Source: Patescibacteria group bacterium
GTDB taxonomy: Bacteria; Patescibacteriota; Patescibacteriia; UBA9570
Direction: 5' to 3'
Length of the DNA stretch: 64,000 nt
NCBI GenBank assembly: GCA_041665365.1
Contig: JBAYIY010000006.1
Coordinates: forward strand, 19,602 to 83,601
Part shown: piece after piece, positions 39,506 through 49,577 of the stretch
How positions within the stretch are numbered: position 1 is the first letter of the stretch
Layout of the letters: every line of letters starts with the position of its first letter
Position numbers and translations under genes: made by a program
Notes under the pieces: generated by a model
The model's input: only the letters and a program-made list of their open reading frames with translations
The model's database searches: none
What the model was told of the DNA's origin: nothing

Positions 39506-40609
39506 ATGAAATTTTCCTGCACCCAAGAAAATTTAAAGCACGGCCTACTCATCGTCAGTCGAGTAGCTAATAAAAATGCGAACTTACCTATCCTGCAAAA
39601 TGTTTTAATTAAAGCCCAGGACAATAAAATAGTTTTAGCCGCTACTAATTTAGAAATTGGTGTCCAAGCAACATTGCGTGCCAAGGTGGACACTGATGGA
39701 TCATTTACATTACCAGCGCAACTATTTAGTAATTATGTAGCTTTATTAACAACTGAGAAGATTGATTGTGAATTACAGCAAAACGAATTAAGGGTCACAG
39801 CTAATGGCCAGGCTACAGTATTAAAAGGAGAGGGTGCGGGCGACTTTCCAATTCTACCAACCGTGGAAGGTGGGCAACATTATTCTCTAGTACGAGGTGA
39901 TTTAGAGGTGGCTTTGCAACAGACCATTTTAGCAGCCGCCATTGATGAAACCCGCCCAGAGATCGCCGGGATTTGTTTAATGTTCAGCGATAAAAATTTA
40001 AAGCTAGCAGCAACCGATAGCTATCGTCTCGCGGAAAGAACGGCGCCTTTAACACAGGTGGGGGAGAGTATGAAAATAATTCTACCACAACGCTCGGCGC
40101 ATGAATTATTACGCTTAATACAATTCATTCAAATAGAAACAGTTGATTTATTTGTCACTGAAACACAAATTGCTTGTCGGTTGGGTGAAGTTGAGTTTAT
40201 CTCTAGATTAATCGAAGGAAAGTTTCCTGATTACGAACAGATTATTCCTAAAGCCGGACAAACTACGGTGAGTTTAGATAAGAATGATCTAATGAAAGCA
40301 GTTAAAGGAGCAGCCTTGTTTAGTAAAACTGGAGTAAATGATATCAATTTGACCTTTAATGCCACCGATCAAACATTGCAAATAAAGGCAGTTAATACCC
40401 AACTCGGGCAAAACGTTACTACCTTACCAGCTCAGGTGGCAGGCGATGATGTGACTATAGTGTTTAATTACCGCTTCTTACTGGATGGGCTGCAATGTTT
40501 AATTGGTAATGAGGTGATTTGTTTATTAAATGGTCAACTTAGCCCGGCGTTAATAAAAGGTGGAAGTGACGATCTGTTTAATTATATTATCATGCCAATT
40601 AAGCAGTGA
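39506..40609 (+). CDS. dnaN: DNA polymerase III beta clamp
   Basis: LPILQNV, ATNLE, AATDSYRLAE, GKFPDY, IIMPI. Confidence 0.96.
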   Translation: MKFSCTQENLKHGLLIVSRVANKNANLPILQNVLIKAQDNKIVLAATNLEIGVQATLRAKVDTDGSFTLPAQLFSNYVALLTTEKIDCELQQNELRVTANGQATVLKGEGAGDFPILPTVEGGQHYSLVRGDLEVALQQTILAAAIDETRPEIAGICLMFSDKNLKLAATDSYRLAERTAPLTQVGESMKIILPQRSAHELLRLIQFIQIETVDLFVTETQIACRLGEVEFISRLIEGKFPDYEQIIPKAGQTTVSLDKNDLMKAVKGAALFSKTGVNDINLTFNATDQTLQIKAVNTQLGQNVTTLPAQVAGDDVTIVFNYRFLLDGLQCLIGNEVICLLNGQLSPALIKGGSDDLFNYIIMPIKQ

Positions 40610-40902
40610 TGCAGGCCATTTCAAAACAAGACATTCTCAAGCGTCTTAACCAGGCTGGAGTGGCTAACACGGTGCAAGCTGCCATGGTGGTTGAAGCCTT
40701 TCAGCTATATTTGGCCAGTGAATTTCCAGATATTAATGCTAATGATTGCACGCCGTTATTTGTTCAAGGTGGTGTGCTAGTAGTGCGCTCAACTCATCCA
40801 GAATTAATGCACTGTTTACGCGATCGTCAGACCGATATCTGTGAATATGTTTTAAAAACCACTGGAAAAATTATTACGCGCCTACAATTTCGCACGAGTT
40901 AA
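40609..40902 (+). CDS. DciA/DUF721-like protein
   Basis: Coupled to dnaN; GGVLVV...ELM...I..LQF pattern. Confidence 0.55.
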   Translation: MQAISKQDILKRLNQAGVANTVQAAMVVEAFQLYLASEFPDINANDCTPLFVQGGVLVVRSTHPELMHCLRDRQTDICEYVLKTTGKIITRLQFRTS

Positions 40903-43523
40903 TTGCCAGCATTTTTATTGCCGTTCGTGTTTTTATTTGTATTGCTGTTCTTATTGCTAGGTGAGTTGGTATTATTGGAGTTTGAATTTTTGTTACTGTT
41001 TGTATTACTATTATTTGTGTTAGTGTTGGTGCTACCAACACTGTAAGAAAACGACACGGTACTGGAAGTAACATTATCACGGTCGTTTGTTACGCGAACT
41101 GTTAATGAATGATTACCAGTGGTCAGAGAGGTTGGTACATAAGTGCTGGTAAAAGGTTGACTGGTTTTAGTATCAACTGGAATATTATCAATAATATATT
41201 CAACTTTTTTTATACTGCGATTTGTGCCCGGATTAATTCTAGCCGCCAATAAAAATGTTTTGCTAGTCAGTTTATCTCCACTAGCCGGAGAAATTATAGT
41301 AACAGTAGGGCTTTGATCAGCCGAGCGGAGATTACAATCTTCATATTCGGTTTTTTCTGTAATATAATCTGACTGTCCTTCCGCCCAGGCTTGAATAGCC
41401 TTTTCCCAAGATGAATACATTGGATCACTCTCTGGTTTGTCTGGTGCGGAACCAAGTGGGTCTTCTTTGCGCAGATACTGTAAGATGGTGTGTACTTCTT
41501 TAAACTCTTTCTTGACTTTAAACTCGGCTGGATATGTGTTCACACAACTATCTGGAATAATATGTTGTGTACCCTTATCAACATATTTTTCAACTGTCTC
41601 ACCAATTGCGCCGCTTAAAACTGGCTTGTTAGCCTTAACCGCATCTGGGGCGGTAAAAGATTCATTCGGTAAACCCTCAAGAATCCGACTCATGTAGTCA
41701 TTGGCAATTGGGGCGGCAATGATAACACCATCAGCCATATAATCCATCGCGTCATTATTGTTATTACCCGTCCAAATACCCGTGGCAAACGACGGTGTAT
41801 ACATTAATGTCCAAGCATCATGAAAATCTTGACTGGTGCCGGTTTTACCAGCAATCGTTTTTCCAGATATATTTAAAGCCGAAAAACCAGAGCGCGCGCC
41901 TTGGTCGGTTAAAACACTATTCAATTGTTTAACGGCATTTTTATCAACCACTTGAGAAGCAGAGTCGGTCCATTCATATAACACCTTACCAGTGCGATCT
42001 TCTACTTTTAAAATACTGGCTGTGGGATGGCGCTCACCTTCTCGAGCAAAGGTGGCAAAAGCCGAGGTGTGTTCTAATAATTTTACTTCACCACTCCCTA
42101 GCGCTAAAGCCAAACCATAAGTATCGCGATTTCCCAATGTGGTATAACCAAGACTATCGGCGGTATCGAGCACTTTATCTTTGCCAACCAAGTAGAGAGT
42201 TTTAACGGCAGGGATATTGAGAGATTGCCCCAAAGCGCGACGCATAGTAGTAGGACCAGAAGTACCCATACTGAAATTATGTGGGTGATAATTACCGCTT
42301 TCAGTTGGAAAATCAGTTTCTACATCAAACAAAGCAGTATTAGGATTGTAACCATTGGCAAAGGCGGTGGTATAGACAATAGGCTTAAAGGAAGAACCAG
42401 GTTGGCGCAGGCTGGTAGCGACATTAACTTGTCCATCATAATCAGCAGCATAATAATCTTTTGAACCAACCATGGCTAATATTTGACCCGTCTTGGCATC
42501 AAGAGAAACTAACGCGGCGTTGCTACCACCATATTTTTCAACCTTGACCATACCATCGGTAATAACCTGTTCAGCAATGGCCTGTTTATCATAATCCAGG
42601 GTGGTGGTTACTTTGAGACCTTGATTGATAAAGTTACTGCCAAAATCATCTTCTAGTTGGGTGATAACATAATCAACAAAATGTGGGGCATCTTTTTTGG
42701 CGGCGGTTTGCTTAATATCAACTGGTTCAAGCTTAGCGGCATCAGCCTGTTCTAGGGTGATGTATCCTTCCTCGGCCATACGCTCTAAAGTGAAATCTTT
42801 CCGTTCCAACAAAGCCTCCATTCCAGAATCAATTCGGCTGGGTTTTTGTGGTATGGCTGCCAAAAAAGCCGCTTGAGCCAAAGTCAGGTCAGCCGGACTC
42901 TTTTCAAAATAACTTTGGGCGCCAGCGGCCACGCCTAAATTTATACCACCATAAGACGCTTCGTTTAAATAAAATTCCAAAATCTGATCTTTACTGTATT
43001 TACGTTCTACCTCGATAGCCAAAATAAGCTCTTTTATTTTTCGCGACAGGCTTGATTCGTTACCAACAATAGCTAATTTAACAAATTGTTGAGTGATAGT
43101 TGATCCACCAACGCGACGTTCTGAAGATAAGGTAATGCCGGCGGAGCGGAGCAAAGCCAATGGGTCAAAACCGTGATGATTGTAAAAATTCTTATCCTCC
43201 AAGGCCACCGTCGCCTGTTTGAGATAAGGTGAAATAGCATCAATTTTTGTATAGGTGCGCCGGACGTCACGACCGGTTTCATAGAGCATGTGTTCACCAC
43301 TGCGATCGTAGATTTTTGTACTCTCAGCAATCACGCGATTTTGTAATTCTTCAGTACTGGGTAGATCTTTGGCAAAATAGGCAAATACAGCGATGCCGGC
43401 TATCACCACCAAGGCTGTACCAATTAGTCCAATTAATACTAAACGTTTTAACCATTTTTTCCAGTTTTTCTTCACGTGTCCCTTAAATCCCTCTCGGCGT
43501 TTACTGGGGTGTGTTTTATCCAT
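40899..43523 (-). CDS. Class A penicillin-binding protein with C-terminal Ig-like domain and Asn-rich tail
   Basis: EDKNFYNHHG, GGSTITQQ, RKIKE; SSFK, SLN, KTGT. Confidence 0.93.
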   Translation of the reverse strand: MDKTHPSKRREGFKGHVKKNWKKWLKRLVLIGLIGTALVVIAGIAVFAYFAKDLPSTEELQNRVIAESTKIYDRSGEHMLYETGRDVRRTYTKIDAISPYLKQATVALEDKNFYNHHGFDPLALLRSAGITLSSERRVGGSTITQQFVKLAIVGNESSLSRKIKELILAIEVERKYSKDQILEFYLNEASYGGINLGVAAGAQSYFEKSPADLTLAQAAFLAAIPQKPSRIDSGMEALLERKDFTLERMAEEGYITLEQADAAKLEPVDIKQTAAKKDAPHFVDYVITQLEDDFGSNFINQGLKVTTTLDYDKQAIAEQVITDGMVKVEKYGGSNAALVSLDAKTGQILAMVGSKDYYAADYDGQVNVATSLRQPGSSFKPIVYTTAFANGYNPNTALFDVETDFPTESGNYHPHNFSMGTSGPTTMRRALGQSLNIPAVKTLYLVGKDKVLDTADSLGYTTLGNRDTYGLALALGSGEVKLLEHTSAFATFAREGERHPTASILKVEDRTGKVLYEWTDSASQVVDKNAVKQLNSVLTDQGARSGFSALNISGKTIAGKTGTSQDFHDAWTLMYTPSFATGIWTGNNNNDAMDYMADGVIIAAPIANDYMSRILEGLPNESFTAPDAVKANKPVLSGAIGETVEKYVDKGTQHIIPDSCVNTYPAEFKVKKEFKEVHTILQYLRKEDPLGSAPDKPESDPMYSSWEKAIQAWAEGQSDYITEKTEYEDCNLRSADQSPTVTIISPASGDKLTSKTFLLAARINPGTNRSIKKVEYIIDNIPVDTKTSQPFTSTYVPTSLTTGNHSLTVRVTNDRDNVTSSTVSFSYSVGSTNTNTNNSNTNSNKNSNSNNTNSPSNKNSNTNKNTNGNKNAGN

Positions 43524-43573
43524 AGATAAAACACACTGTAGCAGAAAATGAGCGATCATGCTAGTGTAATATT

Positions 43574-44740
43574 ATGGACATATTATTAGAAAGAGGCGTT
43601 GATACAATTTACCCATCACTAAAAAAACTCAAAGAAAAACTGGCCACTGGCGATAAACTTACCCTATATTTAGGAGTGGATCCAACCGGGGCATTATTAC
43701 ACATCGGTCATACAATACCTTTACGAAAACTAGCTCAATTTCAACAGGCGGGGCACAAAGTGATTTTATTAATGGGCGACTTTACGGCCGTTATTGGGGA
43801 TCCGACTGGGAAAGATAAAACCCGTGTTCCTCTAACATCAGGGCAGATTTTAAAAAATGCCGAAACCTATAAAGAGCAAGCCAGTAAAATTTTAGATTTT
43901 AATCACCCAATCAATCCAGTTGAAATTCGTTATAACAGTACCTGGTTGGCCAAACTTACTTTCACTGAGGTTATAAAACTGGCCGCACATTTTACCGTGC
44001 AACAAATGTTAGAACGAGACATGTTTGAACGGCGCATTAAACATGGGCAGCCCATTTCACTGCATGAGTTTTTGTATCCTTTGATGCAGGGTTATGATTC
44101 TGTGGCGATGGATGTTGATTTAGAAGTTGGTGGGACAGATCAAACGTTTAATATGTTGGCCGGAAGAACTTTACAACGCGAAATCAATCAACGGGAAAAA
44201 TTTGTTATCACCGTGCCGTTATTGGCTGATGCCAATGGAGTAAAAATCGGCAAGTCAGAAGGTAATGTGATTGCCATTACGGCTAAACCGGCCGATTTAT
44301 ATGGCAAAATTATGGCTTTAGGTGACGATGTAGTAGAACAGTGTTTTGAATTATGCACCGATCTACCCATGACTGAAATTAAACAAATTGTTCAAGGCAA
44401 TCCGAAACAAGCCAAGATGAGATTAGCTCGTGAAATTGTTACTATTTATCATTCAGCTGAAGCCGCGGCGCAAGCTGAACAGGAATTTAACACAGTGTTT
44501 TCCAAACACGGTAAACCGAGTGACATACCAAACAAATTAATTCCAAACACTACTGAGCCACCGGCGATACTTGTGGAACTAGCTCTGGCCGAAAATAAAT
44601 CTGCGGCGAAACGATTATTTGAACAAGGGGGAGTAAAAATAAATGATCAAAAAATAACCGATTGGAAAAAACCGTTAGTGTTAAAATCCGGCGATGTGAT
44701 TCAAGTTGGAAAAAGAAATTTTATCGCAGTGTACGAATAA
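43574..44740 (+). CDS. tyrS: Tyrosyl-tRNA synthetase
   Basis: GVDPTG, HIGH, YPLMQGYD, GGTDQ, KIGKS, S4 domain. Confidence 0.96.
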   Translation: MDILLERGVDTIYPSLKKLKEKLATGDKLTLYLGVDPTGALLHIGHTIPLRKLAQFQQAGHKVILLMGDFTAVIGDPTGKDKTRVPLTSGQILKNAETYKEQASKILDFNHPINPVEIRYNSTWLAKLTFTEVIKLAAHFTVQQMLERDMFERRIKHGQPISLHEFLYPLMQGYDSVAMDVDLEVGGTDQTFNMLAGRTLQREINQREKFVITVPLLADANGVKIGKSEGNVIAITAKPADLYGKIMALGDDVVEQCFELCTDLPMTEIKQIVQGNPKQAKMRLAREIVTIYHSAEAAAQAEQEFNTVFSKHGKPSDIPNKLIPNTTEPPAILVELALAENKSAAKRLFEQGGVKINDQKITDWKKPLVLKSGDVIQVGKRNFIAVYE

Positions 44741-44757
44741 TATTCGTACACTGCGAT
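44723..44757. repeat. 35-bp palindrome (RAYT 2 core variant GTGTACGAATAATATTCGTACAC) supplying the tyrS stop codon
   Basis: ATCGCAGTGTACGAATA-A-TATTCGTACACTGCGAT. Confidence 0.85.
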
Positions 44758-45702
44758 TTACAAATGTACTCTATAAAAGTTCGCAGCTTCTTCCGGTGGG
44801 ATCGGATTTATAATTAAACCAGACCCGATTTCAACGCCAGCCCACGCCGAACCACGTGGGATTATCTTCATGTAGAGATGTTGATCGGGGTCGGCGACTA
44901 ATTGATGAAAATAATAATTGTACGGTAAATGCAATTCATGATTAATGGTGCGCAATAATTTCTTCATAATATTTGCCCATGAATAACGCTCGGAATGCGT
45001 TAGTAGGGTGATATTGTCACGGTGCTGCTTAGGCAATATCCAAACCTCGTAATTATGCATGGAAGCATATGGGCAAAAGGCGATCACATTTTTATCAGCC
45101 CAAACAAAACGAGCACTGACAGCCTCTTTCTTAATAACGTCACAATAAATACAATCTCCAAACATGGAGCGATGAATTTGCACACGATTGGATTTATCTA
45201 AGATATGGGGTGGTACAAACTCTGTCGCGAAAATTTGTGAGTGGGAGTGACAGAGTGATGCTCCGGCTCGACCACCGGCATTCTTAAAAATCAACACATA
45301 ACGCAAACGCTTATTTTTAGCTAAACTTTTGGTGCGGCGCGCATAACACTCCAGAATTTCAGCCACTTGTTTGGTGGGTAAATCTTCCAGATGAGTGTTT
45401 GGATCAGGTGTTTCAATTACCAGTTCCTGTTCTCCATAAGCCTGATCATTATCCGGGGAAACTGCCGGGAAGCCATTTTTAATAACACACACGCGCCAAT
45501 GTTTTTTTCCGCCAACCACCAGCAGCATGGTTTCATGAACAATATTGTGTGGTGAAAAGCGACTATCTTCCGGACGCACTAACGGGCACTCATCGCCAGA
45601 CGAATCATTGAATTGATTAGGACGCAAAATTCGACCCGGCGCAATTAAGACATATTTTTCTTGGATGTAATCTTTACGAATTTGCGCCCTAAGCTTCTTC
45701 AT
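44758..45702 (-). CDS. galT: Galactose-1-phosphate uridylyltransferase (HIT superfamily)
   Basis: NGFPA, QELVIETP, FKNAG..AGASLCHSHSQ, CIYC. Confidence 0.85.
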   Translation of the reverse strand: MKKLRAQIRKDYIQEKYVLIAPGRILRPNQFNDSSGDECPLVRPEDSRFSPHNIVHETMLLVVGGKKHWRVCVIKNGFPAVSPDNDQAYGEQELVIETPDPNTHLEDLPTKQVAEILECYARRTKSLAKNKRLRYVLIFKNAGGRAGASLCHSHSQIFATEFVPPHILDKSNRVQIHRSMFGDCIYCDVIKKEAVSARFVWADKNVIAFCPYASMHNYEVWILPKQHRDNITLLTHSERYSWANIMKKLLRTINHELHLPYNYYFHQLVADPDQHLYMKIIPRGSAWAGVEIGSGLIINPIPPEEAANFYRVHL

Positions 45703-46168
45703 AATCACTCTTGGTTGGATCAATTAAAAAACCGGCCAAATCTTTTTTGCCCACCAACACAGGATAAATTAGTATTTTTCGATCAACTAAACTAGCAATT
45801 GTATCGATATGGCGATTACGTAAATGGAGGTGCAATTTAACATACGGCCGAACACTGATTCCATTAGTGGCCGGGATAACACGAATATCATACAAGCCCG
45901 GGATTTGTTTACGCAGTTTTGGCGTAATGGTGGTACGAATGGTTTCGCGAACTTTTTGAAAATTATGTTTTGTCAGTTCTAATTTAGGAAACAATTTTTT
46001 GAATTGAGTATAAACAGTATATAAACCCAATTTTTTTGCAACAGAAATATCTATGGCCGTGGTGCGAGCGCCAGTATCAATTTTGGCTTTACGGCGAATA
46101 AATTTTTTGGTACCAGGTAAAAAAATTTTTACTTCTTCGGCTAGACCAATAATAGTTTTTTTTGGCAT
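45689..46168 (-). CDS. Retropepsin-like (RimK/LysX-associated) putative protease
   Basis: IIGLAEEV, AKIDTGA, RPYV, DR..LIYPVLVG. Confidence 0.8.
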   Translation of the reverse strand: MPKKTIIGLAEEVKIFLPGTKKFIRRKAKIDTGARTTAIDISVAKKLGLYTVYTQFKKLFPKLELTKHNFQKVRETIRTTITPKLRKQIPGLYDIRVIPATNGISVRPYVKLHLHLRNRHIDTIASLVDRKILIYPVLVGKKDLAGFLIDPTKSDYEEA

Positions 46169-46172
46169 AAAA

Positions 46173-47552
46173 TTATTTCTTATTACGGTTAGGGTTAATC
46201 AAAAAACCGGCTAGATCTCTGCGGCCAATCACCATGGGATGAGATAATTTATTATCCAAAGCGACCGCGACGGTACTAGTTAAACGGCGACCACCTAAAT
46301 CGAAAGCGAGCGGCAGTTTAGGGCGAATAAGATATTGACCCTCAGACCGAACCGCCGCCACATCTACCCAATCGGACTGGAGGGCTAATATTTTAGTGCG
46401 AAAATTATCTTCGGCGGCTTGAGCTCGATCAACGGCCACGCTAGCGGGTAGCTGCAGGGTTTGTATAGCTGCCAGTGCCTCCGTAAAACCTAATTTAATA
46501 GCGGTATCTTTTGTGATGGTGGTTGATGTTAAACCGGTATCAATGAGGGCACGTACCGGCATGGCTATAGCATTTTTACCCTGTACTGTAACCGGTTCAT
46601 AAATTCCCAAGACCGGATTCAACAGATCGCTTTCACCATCTTGTTTGGCGAATAACTGTTTGCAAACACTCAAGCCTTTAGTAGCACTGGTAATAGTTAA
46701 GCCAGCCACGCGGTCAAGCCGATCACGCAAGGTAATCCGATTGGCATTTTGAATCTCTAAACCAGGATGAGCATTAACTTCTAAAATCATCGGCCCATAC
46801 TGTTTATCTAAAACAATATCAACACCCGCATAACCTAAACCAACTGCCTTAGCTGCTTCAATGCTGATACGCAGAATATTATCCCAATCTGGAATTTTAA
46901 TATTACTCAGTGGTGTATTAAAATCTGGATGCAGACTGATTTGCCCCAATTGTTTAGCTGTCGCAAAGGTGGTCGTGCCATTAACTAAATCAACTCCAAC
47001 GCCAATGCCACCTAAATGCAAATTAGCTTTTCCGTCAGATTGCTTGGTCGGTAGCCGCAGCATGGCCATAACTGGAACTGAGTTAAACACTAATATTCGA
47101 ATATCCGGTACCCCTTGATATGAGACATTTTTAAATACCTCAGCTAACCGTAACCGCTCTTCACAGTAGGCGATATCAGGAATATTCGATAAAGAAAAGT
47201 TACCATCTAAAATATTACTGGTATGCCGCTGTAAATCGGCAATATCATAAACGTTTTCGCCGGTACTAATCCAGTGGCCTTGTTTATCTTTGCCATAGAG
47301 AATCACAATACCACCACCACCCAAACCGAAGTTTGGTTTCAAAACAAAGCTGCTCGGTAAACTTGACCAATCAAAATTAAATAATTCTTTACGATTTTTA
47401 ATAACGCCGAATAACTTAGCCGAAGGCAAACCGGCGGCAAATAATTTTTCTTTTGTGGCCAATTTGTTATTAGCCGTTTTGACGGCCTGACCACTGTTGT
47501 ATGGGTGGATGAATACCAAGTTTCTGGCATTCATACCGAGAACCTTGCCCAT
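46173..47552 (-). CDS. Alpha-L-glutamate ligase-like ATP-grasp protein fused to a C-terminal aspartyl-protease domain
   Basis: LGMNARN, FVLKPNFG.GG.GI, PDIRI, AMLRLPT, ANLHLGG, LEVNAHPGL; C-terminal ALIDTG and MVIGRRDL. Confidence 0.85.
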   Translation of the reverse strand: MGKVLGMNARNLVFIHPYNSGQAVKTANNKLATKEKLFAAGLPSAKLFGVIKNRKELFNFDWSSLPSSFVLKPNFGLGGGGIVILYGKDKQGHWISTGENVYDIADLQRHTSNILDGNFSLSNIPDIAYCEERLRLAEVFKNVSYQGVPDIRILVFNSVPVMAMLRLPTKQSDGKANLHLGGIGVGVDLVNGTTTFATAKQLGQISLHPDFNTPLSNIKIPDWDNILRISIEAAKAVGLGYAGVDIVLDKQYGPMILEVNAHPGLEIQNANRITLRDRLDRVAGLTITSATKGLSVCKQLFAKQDGESDLLNPVLGIYEPVTVQGKNAIAMPVRALIDTGLTSTTITKDTAIKLGFTEALAAIQTLQLPASVAVDRAQAAEDNFRTKILALQSDWVDVAAVRSEGQYLIRPKLPLAFDLGGRRLTSTVAVALDNKLSHPMVIGRRDLAGFLINPNRNKK

Positions 47553-49096
47553 TAGGGTTGTTGTTTACCAATAAAAAGTTTGCGGAAGCGGAAGTATTCG
47601 ATGACGCGTAAACCGGAGAAGCGACCCAACACGATATTAATCACTAAAGTTAATAGAATCAATTCCGGATAACCCATTAACAAAGTCGAGAACTCATCCC
47701 AAGTGATAATCAAATAACTAATGATGGCCAGAGCTAAGGTTTCGGCCGTTAGAAAAATAGCTTGGCGATTACCTTGTTCAATTTGCACTTCAACAAACTT
47801 TTCTGTTAGCGTCATCATCACCAAGATCGGGAAAATAGAAATAGCTAAAATGTCAGTCTCACCATACAGGGCAGATAATATTAAGGCACCGAACAAAGTT
47901 ACACTGACAATGGTTAGAACAATGGCCATACGGGGTAAATACAAAATGCGTAACCGCCGCGCAGCGATCCGCGCTAGCGTAGCGGCCCCCAAGAGCAGCA
48001 AAAATGCCAAAACACCATATCTTAATCCGGTGATTGTAAAAGATAGCGTCATAACGGTGGGCACATATATACCAAAAGCCTTCACTCCCACCACTTGCCG
48101 ACCAAAGGAAATCAATGTCGCTACCACTGGTAAAGCCAGTAATAAAAATATTGTGTCCGAACCGACACCATTGTTGATCAAATAATTTACACCGTAGGAA
48201 ATAAAGTTAAACGGTGTAATCTGCTCCAAAGCGCGTTGGCTATGACGGCCGATCAATTGATAATCAATATTTTCTTGTTGTAGCCCTCCAACCAACTGGT
48301 CAACGGTCGGGTTAGCCAGAATAGATTCTAAAGCCGGCGGGGTAGTTAACATTATGTACTGTGGTACCAGCGCATTGTAAGTCGTTTGGGCGATACGGCC
48401 CAAAGCGCCACTACTAGGACGATCACTAATTTGGATGATGGCTTTTTGGGCAAAACTAATCATGCCTGACGTATCAGCTGAGCCACTACTGTTTAATATT
48501 CGACCCAACTCGGCGAGAGAATCTAATCCAATATTCTGCGCCGTCCAGACAATTACCACCTTGGCTTGAGAAATATCAGTTTCAGAAGATACTAACTGTT
48601 CAGCAATATTACGGGTTAGAACGTAATCTAAGTTTGAATCATTGCGCGGCCGAACTATTACTAACAAAGTACCATTACGTTGGGCATATTGGCGGTAGTA
48701 TCTAGCCTGATCACGACTGACGCTATCATCGGTAATAAGTAAAACGACATCTTTGGCGACAGAAACAAGTAAATCATCTCGTACCGTTTGATCGCCAGAG
48801 GTAATAGTTAAGTTGGCTTTATATGTACCGGATTGAGCATAAATATGAGACGCATCGATACCTTGAAAGCTTTGGCCATCACCAAAATCCCATTTATAGG
48901 TTAACGTGCTATCACTCGGGCCGCTGGAAGCGGATGCATCAAATAATACGTTTCGACCCACGGCCACGTTTTTATCCGGGCCAGCATTGGCAATTAATGG
49001 TGCTGGCGTAATTATTTCCTCTACTACACTGTCTGTTTGTGCTGACGTGAGTATCGGTACATACAAAAGTGCCGATAAAATAATGTATCTAGACAT
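47552..49096 (-). CDS. PKD-domain plus 7TM membrane protein (7TM of the inactive-transglutaminase family)
   Basis: ANAGPD, WDFGDG (PKD); RQVVGVKAFGIYVP, PRMA, FPILVM..LTEK. Confidence 0.8.
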   Translation of the reverse strand: MSRYIILSALLYVPILTSAQTDSVVEEIITPAPLIANAGPDKNVAVGRNVLFDASASSGPSDSTLTYKWDFGDGQSFQGIDASHIYAQSGTYKANLTITSGDQTVRDDLLVSVAKDVVLLITDDSVSRDQARYYRQYAQRNGTLLVIVRPRNDSNLDYVLTRNIAEQLVSSETDISQAKVVIVWTAQNIGLDSLAELGRILNSSGSADTSGMISFAQKAIIQISDRPSSGALGRIAQTTYNALVPQYIMLTTPPALESILANPTVDQLVGGLQQENIDYQLIGRHSQRALEQITPFNFISYGVNYLINNGVGSDTIFLLLALPVVATLISFGRQVVGVKAFGIYVPTVMTLSFTITGLRYGVLAFLLLLGAATLARIAARRLRILYLPRMAIVLTIVSVTLFGALILSALYGETDILAISIFPILVMMTLTEKFVEVQIEQGNRQAIFLTAETLALAIISYLIITWDEFSTLLMGYPELILLTLVINIVLGRFSGLRVIEYFRFRKLFIGKQQP

Positions 49097-49100
49097 GTTT

Positions 49101-49577
49101 TTAGGCCAATGAAACATACTGTTGTGTGGTTAAGGCGATAGCTAAGGCATCCGCGGCATCATCGGGTTTGGGTAGTTCACTCAAACCAAAGGTTGCCTGC
49201 ACCATATATTGTATCTGTTGTTTGTCGGCTTTGCCATAGCCAGTCATACAGTGTTTAACTTGCAGGGGGGTGACTTCCAATAACGGAATGTTATGCAAAG
49301 CGATATTTAAAAGTATTATGCCTCGAGCCTGACCAACATCGAAAGCAGTGGTAACGTTACGCGCAAAGAATAGTTTTTCGCAACCAGCTCGACTGATGGT
49401 GTAGCGCGAGAGTAGATTTTGTAACTGTTCATTGAGTAGAACTAAACGTTCACTAAGGGAATGTTTGGCCGGGGTGCGCAAGACACCATATTCCAAAACT
49501 GTTTTATCTTGAATAATGCCATAGCCGGTAATAGCCAAGCCAGGATCAAACCCAATCACAATATCACTTTTGGGCAT
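49101..49577 (-). CDS. ruvC: Holliday junction resolvase
   Basis: GFDPGLAITGYG, EKLFF, GQARG, PDDAADALA. Confidence 0.95.
   Translation of the reverse strand: MPKSDIVIGFDPGLAITGYGIIQDKTVLEYGVLRTPAKHSLSERLVLLNEQLQNLLSRYTISRAGCEKLFFARNVTTAFDVGQARGIILLNIALHNIPLLEVTPLQVKHCMTGYGKADKQQIQYMVQATFGLSELPKPDDAADALAIALTTQQYVSLA

Noticed and set aside
40899-41035. Asn/Thr-rich low-complexity tract as a DNA repeat element
   Set aside because: It is the in-frame disordered tail of the PBP; a similar linker occurs in the DsbA protein
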